A stretch of DNA of 61,350 nt, the filler included. It is 7 parts of 7 records of this genome, joined end to end, with 100 filler letters (N's around TTAATTAATTAA, not from the genome) between each part and the next. Parts side by side here need not be neighbours in the genome. Positions count along the whole stretch, not along the records: positions 6,239 to 13,055 come from SRR31147125_1323; positions 13,156 to 21,928 come from SRR31147125_1324; 5 more parts are not named here. One strand, written 5' to 3'. Positions within the stretch are counted from its first letter, which is position 1, and the number at the start of each line of letters is the position of its first letter. This document shows positions 11,147 through 20,276 of this stretch, piece after piece. The notes below the pieces were generated by a model that was not told the origin of the DNA, did no database searches, and was given only the letters and a program-made list of their open reading frames with translations. A program made the translations under genes and the position numbers.

Positions 11147-12121
11147 TTAATCCAAATTTGTTTCAGCTTCTTTTAATAGTTTAAATTGAAGTTGAATTTT
11201 TAAACGATCACCACTGATGGCATCAAATGCATCAGCATCCCAGCCTTCAATCCACAATGATATCTTTATTTTGCCTTGATAGATTGCATCACCATCATCA
11301 TTAATTTGACCTGTATCCTGTAATATTGCTACTTTTGATTGATTGTCTAGTGCTTGATAGGGGTTTCTAGGATCATATGTTGATAGTTCATATAATACTT
11401 CTTGTTCTTCTTCAGGTAAATTAATGTAATTTCTTGTTTTTTCAGTGAAATAACTATAATTACCGTATATTTTCCCATACCCTCTTGTTGGATCAGCTGA
11501 TGGATCAAATATCCAACTTATTAAATCACTTTCATTTCTTTGATCAAGTTCATTTAACGTATCTTGTAATTCCACAAATGAAACTCTTACAGCATCACTT
11601 GCATAGTATATACGTTCATCACCTTTTTCGATCACTTGACCGAGTTCATCATATATAAAACTTTGATCACTACGCCAATTGACACCTCTCGATACAACAT
11701 ATGTGCCACTAGCTGATGTGTCAAATGCTATTGATTGACTTACATTATTAACCACGTATACTGATTGATAATTTTCTGTTGTTTGAAACCATACATCAAA
11801 TTGCAAATAATCTCTTGCAGGATTAACATCATCTTCATCTCTTAGACCACCTGCTTTAAATGTTTGTCCATCTAAGCTAGTGACTTCATTAAGTGTAATA
11901 TCTGCAAACAATGTTTGTAATTGTTCTGGTGTTAAGTTGTTAGAAAAGTTTTGTCCATCTAATGAGATGAGTAATTCTTCTCCACTACTTGCTGATAAAG
12001 ATAGACCTTCTATATTATTAACAGTTGATAAACTGATCCAAGCAAATGTCACAGTACCAAATGTGATAACCAATAAAAATAAACTTATTAAAACTAAATG
12101 AAACTTTTTAATCACACCCAT
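11147..12121 (-). CDS. Secreted protein with SipW-cognate signal peptide, paralogue of 10147..11079
   Basis: FGTVTFAWIS signal motif; shares ISL-G, VT(S/T)xDG, ASDA(V/M)RV and WIEGWD blocks with the neighbour. Confidence 0.75.
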   Translation of the reverse strand: MGVIKKFHLVLISLFLLVITFGTVTFAWISLSTVNNIEGLSLSASSGEELLISLDGQNFSNNLTPEQLQTLFADITLNEVTSLDGQTFKAGGLRDEDDVNPARDYLQFDVWFQTTENYQSVYVVNNVSQSIAFDTSASGTYVVSRGVNWRSDQSFIYDELGQVIEKGDERIYYASDAVRVSFVELQDTLNELDQRNESDLISWIFDPSADPTRGYGKIYGNYSYFTEKTRNYINLPEEEQEVLYELSTYDPRNPYQALDNQSKVAILQDTGQINDDGDAIYQGKIKISLWIEGWDADAFDAISGDRLKIQLQFKLLKEAETNLD

Positions 12122-12133
12122 GATATCCCTCCA

Positions 12134-12838
12134 TTAGATAGAGAAACTCATTTGCATTTTAATCGATCCACCAGCAATCGCATCTGTTGTGTCAGGATCT
12201 TCTCCTTCTATCCATAAGAGTACTGAAAACTTAACAGTTTCTTGAGGGACAAAACGATTAATGGTTTGTCTTGTGATGGTGTAATCATCTAGAAATGATT
12301 CAGCCTCAGGTAGTTCAACTAAGTATTCTGGGAAATTACCTTCTTCATCTGCTTCATCAGGTCTTTGATAAATAGTTTCTTCATCATCAACAATAATCAT
12401 AAACCGAATGGCTTTATCTAAATCTTTGGTAATTTCAGTAATTCTTACACTATAAGTAACATCTACGGTTTCTAATCCATTATTTTGAAGATAGAATGTA
12501 TATGCCATATAATCAATATCAGGATCTACAAAATTGCCATCAGTTGCTTTGACTTGTTCAATTTGCAACCAATTATATGTAATATCTTGTGCATTTTCTA
12601 CTGGATTTGTCATTAATCTTGAAGTTGTCGTTTCAAAATCTTTAGTTTCAGATAAGACAATACCACGATTATAAGCATCATAATCAACACTCATCACAAA
12701 ATTACCAGTTTCTTGTCCATAAAATGTCACTACACCAAATGTGATGCTTAATAAGAATGTAATAATAAGTCCAATGGTATAAATTCTTTTTCTTCTTGCA
12801 TATTTAGTTGCAGCCATGACAGTCGATAATTTATTCAT
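12134..12838 (-). CDS. Membrane-anchored distant paralogue of the same putative fibre family
   Basis: Basic N-terminus plus TM; YTFYLQNNG, KAIRFMI and LLWIEGEDPD..DAIAGG motifs; RBS AGAGGTG. Confidence 0.65.
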   Translation of the reverse strand: MNKLSTVMAATKYARRKRIYTIGLIITFLLSITFGVVTFYGQETGNFVMSVDYDAYNRGIVLSETKDFETTTSRLMTNPVENAQDITYNWLQIEQVKATDGNFVDPDIDYMAYTFYLQNNGLETVDVTYSVRITEITKDLDKAIRFMIIVDDEETIYQRPDEADEEGNFPEYLVELPEAESFLDDYTITRQTINRFVPQETVKFSVLLWIEGEDPDTTDAIAGGSIKMQMSFSI

Positions 12839-12850
12839 TTCTACACCTCT

Positions 12851-12894
12851 AAAATAAAAACCAGTATCAAATAATTAAATTAAATGATAACTGG
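12851..12894 (-). terminator. Intrinsic terminator (expression platform of the proximal riboswitch)
   Basis: Minus strand CCAGTTATCA...TGATACTGG followed by TTTTTATTTT; the 5' arm overlaps the aptamer 3' end. Confidence 0.85.
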
Positions 12895-12958
12895 CTGCCA
12901 TGTGTAGGCCCTATAGCTTTGCGTCCTATTGTTTCCAATAGTTTGCCTTTTACATTGA
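12885..12958 (-). promoter_or_regulatory. Cyclic di-GMP-I (GEMM) riboswitch aptamer, proximal copy
   Basis: Minus strand AAAAGGCAAACTATTG-GAAA-CAATAGGACGCAAAGCTATAGGGCCTA-CACA-TGGCAGCCAG matches the GEMM consensus (GGCAAAC..GAAA..GACGCAAAGC..GGCCTA..GGYAGC). Confidence 0.93.
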
Positions 12959-12968
12959 TATAATTTTT

Positions 12969-13014
12969 AAAAATAAAAACCAGACATCATTAAAATCAAT
13001 TTAATGACAACTGG
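12969..13014 (-). terminator. Intrinsic terminator (expression platform of the distal riboswitch)
   Basis: Minus strand CCAG-TTG-TCATTAAA...TTTAATGA-TGT-CTGG followed by TTTTTATTTTT. Confidence 0.82.
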
Positions 13015-13055
13015 CTACCTTTTATATTTAGGCCCTATAGCTTTGCGTCCTATCG
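13005..13055 (-). promoter_or_regulatory. Cyclic di-GMP-I riboswitch aptamer, distal copy (5' half cut by contig end)
   Basis: Minus strand CGATAGGACGCAAAGCTATAGGGCCTAAATATAAAAGGTAGCCAG; 25 nt identical to the proximal copy (13029-13053 vs 12905-12929). Confidence 0.88.
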
Positions 13056-13155
13056 NNNNNNNNNNNNNNNNNNNNNNNNNNNNNNNNNNNNNNNNNNNNT
13101 TAATTAATTAANNNNNNNNNNNNNNNNNNNNNNNNNNNNNNNNNNNNNNNNNNNN
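13056..13155. other. Artificial contig spacer
   Basis: N44-TTAATTAATTAA-N44. Confidence 0.99.
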
Positions 13156-13208
13156 TTCAATAGAATGAATATGAAGAAAACATTATACTTTAAAGCAGAA
13201 TTTTTATT

Positions 13209-13604
13209 ATGAAAAAGATTAAGTTACTAACAGTTGCTCTAATAATAGTATTAATTTTGTCATACTCTAGTGTTGCGTTTGCAGGATCATACTATTTTAA
13301 TTTTTCAAATGGATATACCAAAAACAATGCGGCAATAGTAGTTAATACATTTGAAGATGTTAATAAGTATTGTCTTGAATGGTTTCCTGGCACATCGTCT
13401 ACATATCATCGTAGCTATGCTGGAAGCATATGTCAAAATGGATATCCGAATGGTAATTTATTAGGATCTGACGATATAAACTCAGGTGGTCGATTTATAT
13501 GTTGGAATCAAACAAGTTTTGGGCAAGGTTGGAGTGCTACATATAGATTTGATAATGACAACTATGCAGGGGCGTTGTTAAAGATGAAAGGTATAACTGG
13601 TTAG
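13209..13604 (+). CDS. Small Sec-secreted protein (131 aa), possibly a bacteriocin-like or signalling precursor
   Basis: Signal peptide ending VAFA; mature part rich in G/N/S/aromatics with 3 Cys; first gene of the cassette. Confidence 0.65.
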   Translation: MKKIKLLTVALIIVLILSYSSVAFAGSYYFNFSNGYTKNNAAIVVNTFEDVNKYCLEWFPGTSSTYHRSYAGSICQNGYPNGNLLGSDDINSGGRFICWNQTSFGQGWSATYRFDNDNYAGALLKMKGITG

Positions 13605-13618
13605 ACGTTTTTAACAAA

Positions 13619-13645
13619 TGTGCGGCTAAGAAATTTAGCCGTACA
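13619..13645 (+). terminator. Stem-loop after the small secreted protein gene
   Basis: TGTGCGGCTAA-GAAAT-TTAGCCGTACA; no strong U tract. Confidence 0.55.
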
Positions 13646-13672
13646 AAATCTTATCATGAAAGTTGAGAGGTT

Positions 13673-15082
13673 ATGAAACTTATAATAATTATTTTTGTTG
13701 TTCTATTAACATCTGCTTGTCAGCCGACACCAGATAGGAACATCGTACAGAATAAAAACGAGCTTGAAGATTTAGTTACAGTAAATAGAACAAATCAAGC
13801 AGAAGTGATTTCTGAATCAGCAAACAATTCATGGATTACGGATGAAAATATCCTCTATGAAGAAAGTAGAGATATTGAAAGCGAATATCAAACATACACA
13901 GTTACTTGTACAATAGATTCGAAGATTCCTGAAGTAAGTTTTGGTGTGCCAGTAATCTTAATAGAGCCAAGTGATTTTAGCTTGGATTTCGCATCTACAG
14001 CAGCTAATTATCTATTAGAGGATGACATTTACCAAAATAAAAGAACTAAAGATGATATTATATTGGAGAAAATCCATTTTGAAAAATCAATAAGCTCTTT
14101 AGACCATAATAATACTACAGTCCAAAACTTAATTGAAGGTTTTGAAGAATGGAATGAAACTATGCTAGCATCAGCTCCAACTGTTAATAGTATAGCTGAA
14201 ATTAAATACTTGAATGAGTATAACAATGGAGATCAGGTTGCGCTAAAGTCTTATCTTCCGAATAGCCGTATTGGAGAAATGCTAATAACTAATAATGGTA
14301 ATCTAACTTTTATGAGATATCACTCCAACGATATGGATAACTTTTTTGAAGTTGGAAAAAAACTTGATACCGAAAGCGAAAAACTTAATGGCTGCGAATT
14401 ATCATACAATGAAGCATTAGATATCTCGGATAGACTTGTTGACCAGGTTTATTCAAAAGTGTGTGCAAATGGTATGACTTTACAACAAGTTAAGATATTT
14501 AATAATAAAAATAGATATCAGCTTATGGCGGGGATGTACAGCGATAATAATGAGAATTCAAATCAACAAGGATATGTTTTTATATATAAACCGTCATATG
14601 ATACACAAATACCAGCTTTAGTAATTGAAGGAGCAACTACATTTGAACCAGAAGGTAGTAGGGTTTATAGAGAACCTTATGCTCAAGAATGTGCCGTTGT
14701 CTTGGTAGATGATTACGGAATTGTTATGTCTTTTTATTATAGTCCTTCTAAGATTGTAAATATAGTAAATGATAATGTTGAAATTATTTCATTTAATGAA
14801 GCATTAGATTTATTTAAAGATAAAGTATTTTACCAATACTTATGGAGCTCCGGTTATGATATAAATATCAACATTAAAAACATAGAATTTGGACTAATAA
14901 GGATTCCTGTTGAGGATAATTTAAACCAATATATGATGATTCCTGCATACAATTTTATAGGTGATATTATTCATGAAAACATCGATTATCCAGAGGTTGA
15001 ATCAAACAAGAGCATTATGTTAATCAATGCATTAGATGGCAGTGTTGTCATGGATATAAATGATGAAATAGTAATTAAATAG
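13673..15082 (+). CDS. DUF6034-like lipoprotein
   Basis: Lipobox TSAC followed by QPTP..IVQNK; C-terminal MIPAYNFIG...LINALDGSVV. Confidence 0.75.
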   Translation: MKLIIIIFVVLLTSACQPTPDRNIVQNKNELEDLVTVNRTNQAEVISESANNSWITDENILYEESRDIESEYQTYTVTCTIDSKIPEVSFGVPVILIEPSDFSLDFASTAANYLLEDDIYQNKRTKDDIILEKIHFEKSISSLDHNNTTVQNLIEGFEEWNETMLASAPTVNSIAEIKYLNEYNNGDQVALKSYLPNSRIGEMLITNNGNLTFMRYHSNDMDNFFEVGKKLDTESEKLNGCELSYNEALDISDRLVDQVYSKVCANGMTLQQVKIFNNKNRYQLMAGMYSDNNENSNQQGYVFIYKPSYDTQIPALVIEGATTFEPEGSRVYREPYAQECAVVLVDDYGIVMSFYYSPSKIVNIVNDNVEIISFNEALDLFKDKVFYQYLWSSGYDININIKNIEFGLIRIPVEDNLNQYMMIPAYNFIGDIIHENIDYPEVESNKSIMLINALDGSVVMDINDEIVIK

Positions 15083-15102
15083 AAGTATGGAGGAAGTAAA
15101 CT

Positions 15103-15805
15103 ATGATTAATATAAAATTCAATTTAAAAACCATAATAATCATGTGTGCAACCTTTATGATTTTTATTGGTTTGTCAGAATATTTTTCAGACTATTTGAG
15201 ATTTACGTATGATGTTAGCCCCAGTTTTTTTGAATTGATAGTAATGCAACTTAATGAAAAGCACATTGTCCTTTTCCTTCTCACTTTCTTGCTGCTTTTC
15301 TATTCTCTAACTATTTTCAATACAGGCGAAATCATAGGCAGCAAGTATGTTTACTATTGCATTCTTTTTACTAATTATATTTAGTTTTATCTTTTTTCCT
15401 CAGACAAATAGCAGTATTGATATCACAAGAAAACACTTTTATAGTATCTATTATAATATGCCTTTTATATTCTTTGTATTCTTTGTTGTACATACATCTT
15501 TATGCGCAATAGTATATTCGCTTTTTGGTTCTACAATAATGATTTTGACCAAAGACAAACTTTGTTCGTTATATATTCCTCTGATATATTACTCCTGCTT
15601 TATGCATTTTATATGTTTCTTAGGATCTTTAAGGGAAATAGTATTTTGGGTAACTCCAATATATACTTTTGATTTTCCAGAAGCAAGTTTGCCATTGTCA
15701 AAATATATTATAGAAATATCCTTTGTTTTTGTTCTATCAATAATTCTTTTGTTGATTTATTGGTTAGTTAATAAGTATAAAGACAATAGGGTAAATGTTA
15801 CCTGA
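15103..15805 (+). pseudogene. ABC-2-type permease-like membrane protein, split into two frames (15103..15384 and 15347..15805)
   Basis: Two overlapping hydrophobic ORFs; RBS GGAGG only before the first; frame break near 15340-15350. Confidence 0.55.
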
Positions 15806-15829
15806 TTGGTTAAACGTTTGATATGGAAT

Positions 15830-16129
15830 ATGAAATTAGATATTAAAAGAAGTATAAAGAATTCAAATTTTGGTATATCAGTTTCTATAATGATTATTGC
15901 AACTATATTAGGAGCTGGTTTTAAATTAGTAATACCAGAATATGCGCAAAATGGTATCGTGATGTATTATCACTGTAAAGTTGTACTCAGAGGAATTCAA
16001 TCAGATATTGTTTGACTAATAACTCCTATTGTATGTGCTTTGCCATATACATCTACATTCTTAGATGAGTATACGAGCGGATATATAAAAGTATATTTAA
16101 TGCGTTGTGATAAAGAAGAGTATATCTGA
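15830..16129 (+). pseudogene. Truncated ABC-2-type permease with an in-frame TGA
   Basis: MKLDIKRSI...SDIV*LITPIVCALPYTSTFLDEYTSGYIKVYLMRCDKEEYI*; the LPY..F.DE..SGYIK....R motif continues after the stop at 16013-16015. Confidence 0.65.
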
Positions 16130-16433
16130 TGAAAGGGGTGTATTACCATTCTTAGATATATTAGTGAAGGTGTGCATCTACTTTCTTACAGGTGGATTTT
16201 GGGCAATGGGTAGGTGGGGGTGTAATTATGCTTATGATGATGATAGGTATGATGTCGGTAATATATTTTAGAGTCACAGAAAAACAAAGTGTTGATAAGT
16301 ACAACGGTACAATTAAGATTGATTATAAAAATGTTTTTGAAGAGAGGAATTTATGTATAATCCGATATAAATCGACATTTTAATGTAAGCTATTCCCTCT
16401 ACAGTACTAATTATTTCCTTGAATCAATTAATC

Positions 16434-17744
16434 TCATATCTTTTGATTGTTGCCGCTATTTTTATTTTTCTTTAGCAATATAAAAATAACAATTGTTGTT
16501 ATAATCACGAGTATACAAAGTGCAATTAGTACAATTATCAGCCAGAAAATGTTTTTGGGCATCGTCATATTTTTATCTAAAGTGTTATTTGTATCTATAC
16601 TATTTTCTATTGCATCGACTGTTTCAACAGCGCCATCTGTATCAGTAGTTTCAACTGCTGATGGAGATGGTGAAGGTGTTGCTTGTTGGGTTGTTGATGG
16701 TATTGGCGAAGGCGTAACTTCTTCGGCTACAGTAATATGAATTGTGTTGGTTTGCTTATATACTTGAGTATCTCCAATAATTCCAGCTACGACAAAGCTG
16801 ACATCACATGATTCGTCAATATGCTGGGTAATTGGCAAGTGAACGATTGAACCAGTAGGGATGCCCTCGTAATTGCCTAATGACATAGCATCCATATCCG
16901 TTAAGCCGATTGAATGTAATGCATCGCCTGTGTTATGAACCTCTACATCAAAATTGACGTCCTCGCCGGCATTTACAGTTGTTTTGTCAGCGGAAAGAAA
17001 AATATTAAACTCGCAGTTTGGAGGTATTGGGTTAACAGTTATGGTCAATGGAGATGATGAAACTTGGTTAACCAATGTTCCAACACCATCTTGCGTATAC
17101 AGATAAATTGTATATATAAAAGTTGTTGTTTCGTGTAGTGTATGCTCTAAAATAGCTTGTGAAGGTCCGCCGGGAGACATGTCTTCAGATGATGAAATTA
17201 AATTACCGTTTTGATCGATAATCGATGTACGCACGTTTTCGTTCCCTGAGTACATTACACTCATAGAGATGTCTATACTCTCACCTTCTTGTATTACAGG
17301 CGTAGTGCAACCAACGCTGATAGATACCGTGTAATCTGGTGGCTCAAAAGTAACGCCGTTGATAAAGCCCCAGCCATCGACTCCTGTTGAACTGCTTTGG
17401 CTCATACCGACTTGAGCTTGAAATGAAGAACCAATATCACTTGGATCAATGTTAACATCAAATACGATCCTTTGTGGATGATTTGGCGGGATGTTAACAT
17501 CCTTAATGATGCTCTGCTGACTAGCTTTCCCTGGAGCAAAATCGATAGAAACGCGATTAATATGTTCGGTTGAGGATGTATTTCTTACAAGCAGATATAC
17601 TCTTGCAGAACCAGAAGAATCTCCAACTGCTGAAAGGTCTACTTCCCAATCGCCAAAGACAGGAACATTTTCAGCTAAAGCTGAGCAAGGCATAAATAGC
17701 ACAACAAAGAGAAATAAAATAGAGAGGAACCATAATTTTTTCAT
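16434..17744 (-). CDS. Cell-surface protein: signal peptide, about three Ig-like beta domains, P/T/S linker, C-terminal TM anchor
   Basis: Start reassigned to ATG 17744 (MKKLWFL..ALA) with GGAGG RBS; LSADKTTVNAGEDVNFDVEVHNTG is CARDB/DUF11-like; TPSP linker; TM plus KKNK. Confidence 0.75.
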   Translation of the reverse strand: MKKLWFLSILFLFVVLFMPCSALAENVPVFGDWEVDLSAVGDSSGSARVYLLVRNTSSTEHINRVSIDFAPGKASQQSIIKDVNIPPNHPQRIVFDVNIDPSDIGSSFQAQVGMSQSSSTGVDGWGFINGVTFEPPDYTVSISVGCTTPVIQEGESIDISMSVMYSGNENVRTSIIDQNGNLISSSEDMSPGGPSQAILEHTLHETTTFIYTIYLYTQDGVGTLVNQVSSSPLTITVNPIPPNCEFNIFLSADKTTVNAGEDVNFDVEVHNTGDALHSIGLTDMDAMSLGNYEGIPTGSIVHLPITQHIDESCDVSFVVAGIIGDTQVYKQTNTIHITVAEEVTPSPIPSTTQQATPSPSPSAVETTDTDGAVETVDAIENSIDTNNTLDKNMTMPKNIFWLIIVLIALCILVIITTIVIFILLKKNKNSGNNQKI

Positions 17745-18575
17745 AATAACCTCCAAAATAGGTTTGGAAAACAAAAAAATACACTTATATTTATAGTATA
17801 TTTTACTCATTAAATATTTACAACTAAATATTTTAAATTGGAATAGTGGGAACGCCTCAAAACGATTATTTAACAGATATAAGTTGATTTTACACCAGGA
17901 AATTAGTGTGCTTTGACGGACTTGATAATAGGCATATGAAGGAGAAAAACGTTTATTGAAAGTGAGCAAAGCCTTGTCGGTATCTTAATGTGCGTTATAT
18001 GATTTGAATGAAATAAGAGAGCGTGTCTTGATACTATGCGAATGACTTGTTGCTCTTTTTTGTCCTTCTAGGTTCACTTCTTTTATGGTGATTTGTAAAA
18101 GTTTTATTTTTTAATACATAATAACTTATTGTTTATTTGCGCACCTTTGCAATTAAAACAATAGAGTCATTTTCATCAAACTCTGTGTATTTAATAGTTT
18201 TAATAAGATCAAAATCATTACCTAAAATACTATTAAGCCTTTTATCGTTAATATAATTGCTATACCTTAATATGATAAATGCTCTTTTAATTTTATTTCT
18301 GATTGTTTTCATAGTTCTCCCCTAATTTAAGCATCATCATATTGTGTTGTTTATCAAGCTATACAAAACTACCATCTCCTACTGTTCACGTCAATTGCTA
18401 CAAAAGCCAATATTAAAATCAGCACAAATACAATCGGTAAAATTGACACTATTTTTCATTTTACCTCTTCTGATCAATTATACGTATTTAAAAGGATTAT
18501 GAATATTGTTGTAGCATAAGGTTCTTAACTATAAAAGCACATTCAGCAATCATAGAAGTTGCTTTTTAATCTTAT

Positions 18576-19973
18576 TTATGGCAAGTAAACACTTGCTAAT
18601 GAAATTACTTTCTTATCTTCGATTTTCACCATATATAGAGGCATATTTGAATGACTTTTGTAATAGTCTGAATTTTCTAGTTCATTTGCTTTTATCACAT
18701 AATATATGGTGAATCCATCTTCTGTAATGAAGCATGTTGCATCATTACTAAACTCATAAAAAATATATGCTTCACTATGATTTTGTATATTTAGAAATTC
18801 ATCATTTTGCGCTTGTCCATCATAATTATATATTACATCATCTACGTACAAACCGCCTTCTGTTGGTTTTATAGAAGCTGAAATATACCCATCTAAATTA
18901 AGACTATCGACATATCCATAATTATCAATGATTTTTGGGGTAATCTCATTTAAAGACTCGATGCTAATATATGGGTCTTCACTTGTAATCGCATTTAAAT
19001 AATGATTTCTGATTGTAGGAAAATTATAAACATCATAAATAAGCTCATAATACTTAATAATATTTGTTTTTAAAGGCTTTTCACATGGAGTGAATATCAC
19101 TTCTTCATCCTCAATTGATGGAACAAATATTTCGGAGAAATAATTACTCATCGTATCGCCATTGTTGTATGCATTATAGGCAAGGAATAGGGTACCATTA
19201 TATAATATGAAACGATAATTTGATATCGTTCTAAAGGGCAAATGAACAGATAATTCTTGAGATGATTGTTTATCGTAGCACATGATACTGTAATATCTAG
19301 ATTGGTTTCCATGTACAATATTATAATATATTTCATCAACTTTATCTTGATTCAGATCCGATATAAATATCTGATTAACCGAAAATGACCCGCTCGCAGA
19401 TTCCTCTTTTAGCAGTTTCTTATACTCGCTATAATCAGGTTCAGTGTCTTTAACTTCTACAGAAAAAATATTTTCTGCAATTGATTTTTCAGCAACTGTT
19501 ATCTCATCTGGTAAGTTTATGCCTTGAGTGATAAGCAAAATCTCTCGTTCAACTTCTAGCTCAATTTCTTCGTATGTTAATTTGCCATCAATAAGTTTTG
19601 GGCTATACACATGTGGATCATAAAGTGATGAAAGAAGATGATCCATAGATATAATATAAAGTCTGTCGTTATACTCGACGAATTTATAGTTCTTTTTTCC
19701 CCTGTCTTCGATATACGAATACGTATCAGTTGTAATGTCATAGCACTCAATAAACTCGTGGGCAATTCCTGACCCTGCCGATGTGTTATAGCAGATTTCG
19801 TTTGTACCATCATCGTTTAAATCCGTTTCAAAAACCTCCATAACAGCGCAAGGTAAGTCTCCAGGATATTCTCTATAATCTATTATAGTATCCTCTGTTT
19901 GGACATGAGGTTTTGTACATGAAGCGAATAACAATAGGATTATGATTGCTATTATCAAAAAAAATTTTTTCAT
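18576..19973 (-). CDS. Lipoprotein with an internal duplicated domain (D-L-N-x-D-x-x-x-E-I motif)
   Basis: Lipobox FASC; two repeats, DLNDDGTNEICYN..IECYD..NYKFVEYNDRLY and DLNQDKVDEIYYN..IMCYD..NYRFILYNGTLF. Confidence 0.7.
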   Translation of the reverse strand: MKKFFLIIAIIILLLFASCTKPHVQTEDTIIDYREYPGDLPCAVMEVFETDLNDDGTNEICYNTSAGSGIAHEFIECYDITTDTYSYIEDRGKKNYKFVEYNDRLYIISMDHLLSSLYDPHVYSPKLIDGKLTYEEIELEVEREILLITQGINLPDEITVAEKSIAENIFSVEVKDTEPDYSEYKKLLKEESASGSFSVNQIFISDLNQDKVDEIYYNIVHGNQSRYYSIMCYDKQSSQELSVHLPFRTISNYRFILYNGTLFLAYNAYNNGDTMSNYFSEIFVPSIEDEEVIFTPCEKPLKTNIIKYYELIYDVYNFPTIRNHYLNAITSEDPYISIESLNEITPKIIDNYGYVDSLNLDGYISASIKPTEGGLYVDDVIYNYDGQAQNDEFLNIQNHSEAYIFYEFSNDATCFITEDGFTIYYVIKANELENSDYYKSHSNMPLYMVKIEDKKVISLASVYLP

Positions 19974-20276
19974 ATTATATTTCTCCAATCATCTTTAGTA
20001 TAAACTATCTAATATTAATGGATAATTTATACGTAAAAAAGTTGCAGTAAATTCATATATATAAGGTGTTTAGTTTGTTGGTGTTGCAAATTGTAGATCT
20101 CTTGTATTATCTATATAATTCCTAAGCAGCCCATTAACCGCAGCAAGCAAGCTGTTTGGTATCGTTACTTTTTGATTTTTTCACGCCGAAAAATTGAGGT
20201 TTCGCGACAAACTACTGACTTTTAAAACAAAATATCGTACAATCCGACTAGAAAAACAAATTCTAGGAGGTTTTGT

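Noticed and set aside
12905-13053. 25-nt direct repeat as a possible CRISPR array or att site
   Set aside because: Only two copies, and both are the conserved core of GEMM riboswitch aptamers.
16013-16015. In-frame TGA as selenocysteine or genetic-code reassignment
   Set aside because: It falls in a hydrophobic segment of a truncated permease; Trp is TGG elsewhere in the contig and no SECIS-like hairpin is evident.
17745-17969. N-terminal extension of the 511-aa ORF
   Set aside because: A GGAGG RBS and signal peptide support the ATG at 17744.
20120-20220. GC-richer patch ending GAGGTTTCGCGACAAACT as a possible IS end
   Set aside because: No partner inverted repeat, target duplication or transposase found.
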